A DNA stretch of 64,000 nt, from NCBI GenBank assembly GCA_012026655.1, contig JAAILG010000205.1, forward strand, positions 62,001 through 126,000, read 5' to 3'. A program made the translations under genes and the position numbers. The notes beneath the pieces were generated by a model. The model searched no databases. It saw only the letters and a list, made by a program, of their open reading frames with translations, and was not told the DNA's origin. Origin of the DNA: Hydrolagus affinis. Its lineage: Eukaryota. Shown in pieces: positions 63,643 to 64,000 of this stretch (the first letter of the stretch is position 1; the number at the start of each line of letters is the position of its first letter).

Positions 63643-64000
63643 GTAAGAACTCATAATAACTTCTAGAATACAGTGAGTTACATATTAAGCAGAATGACAA
63701 ATGCTCACGTGGGAATCAGTTAGGATATTGATGGCATGACTTCTTAAGTGATATTGACAAGTTAAGAAAAAGATCAATTTATCTGAAGTTTAACTGAATG
63801 TCAAAATGTGTTCAGTGTGGCCTGAGCATTTAGCGTTTGTTAGGTTTAAAACGTGCCAATCACAAAGCAGCAGGAATCATTTTTTCACTTATTTAATCAC
63901 GATTAAACTGTGTTTGTGCTGTATTTATAATGCCTGTATAGTGGGTAATTATTGCAATTTTGATTATATGACATTTCCATGTTTGGTGACTCTGCCAGTT

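Overview
This is AT-rich, CpG-depleted, repeat-dense vertebrate genomic DNA. The repeat landscape suggests a cartilaginous fish, possibly a chimaera; that is inference. The whole window lies inside a minus-strand L-type calcium channel alpha-1 gene, best matching CACNA1C (Cav1.2). It holds the repeat-I exons equivalent to human exons 4, 5, 6 and 7 (21753-21892, 16941-17080, 14520-14672, 5930-6126) and the first 11 nt of the mutually exclusive IS6 exon 'MQDA...' at the left edge. Everything above 21892 is part of the large intron 3. The introns are filled with a tRNA-headed SINE with an L2-type tail, older Deu-domain SINEs, L2 and CR1 LINE fragments, Penelope-like remnants, a young hAT MITE, two Tc1/mariner (Tigger-like) elements and two Helitron-like elements. 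The most notable observations are: (1) a cluster of RBFOX, QKI and PTB-type splicing motifs at both ends of the intron leading into the mutually exclusive exon; (2) a near-perfect 34-bp hairpin in that same intron; (3) an intact minimal hammerhead ribozyme antisense to the gene, with a core-mutated sister copy in sense orientation; (4) an unnamed old dispersed repeat present in at least 4 copies; and (5) several candidate intronic enhancers. No wholly new protein-coding system is supported. Repeat boundaries were read by eye and are approximate unless TIRs or TSDs are given.
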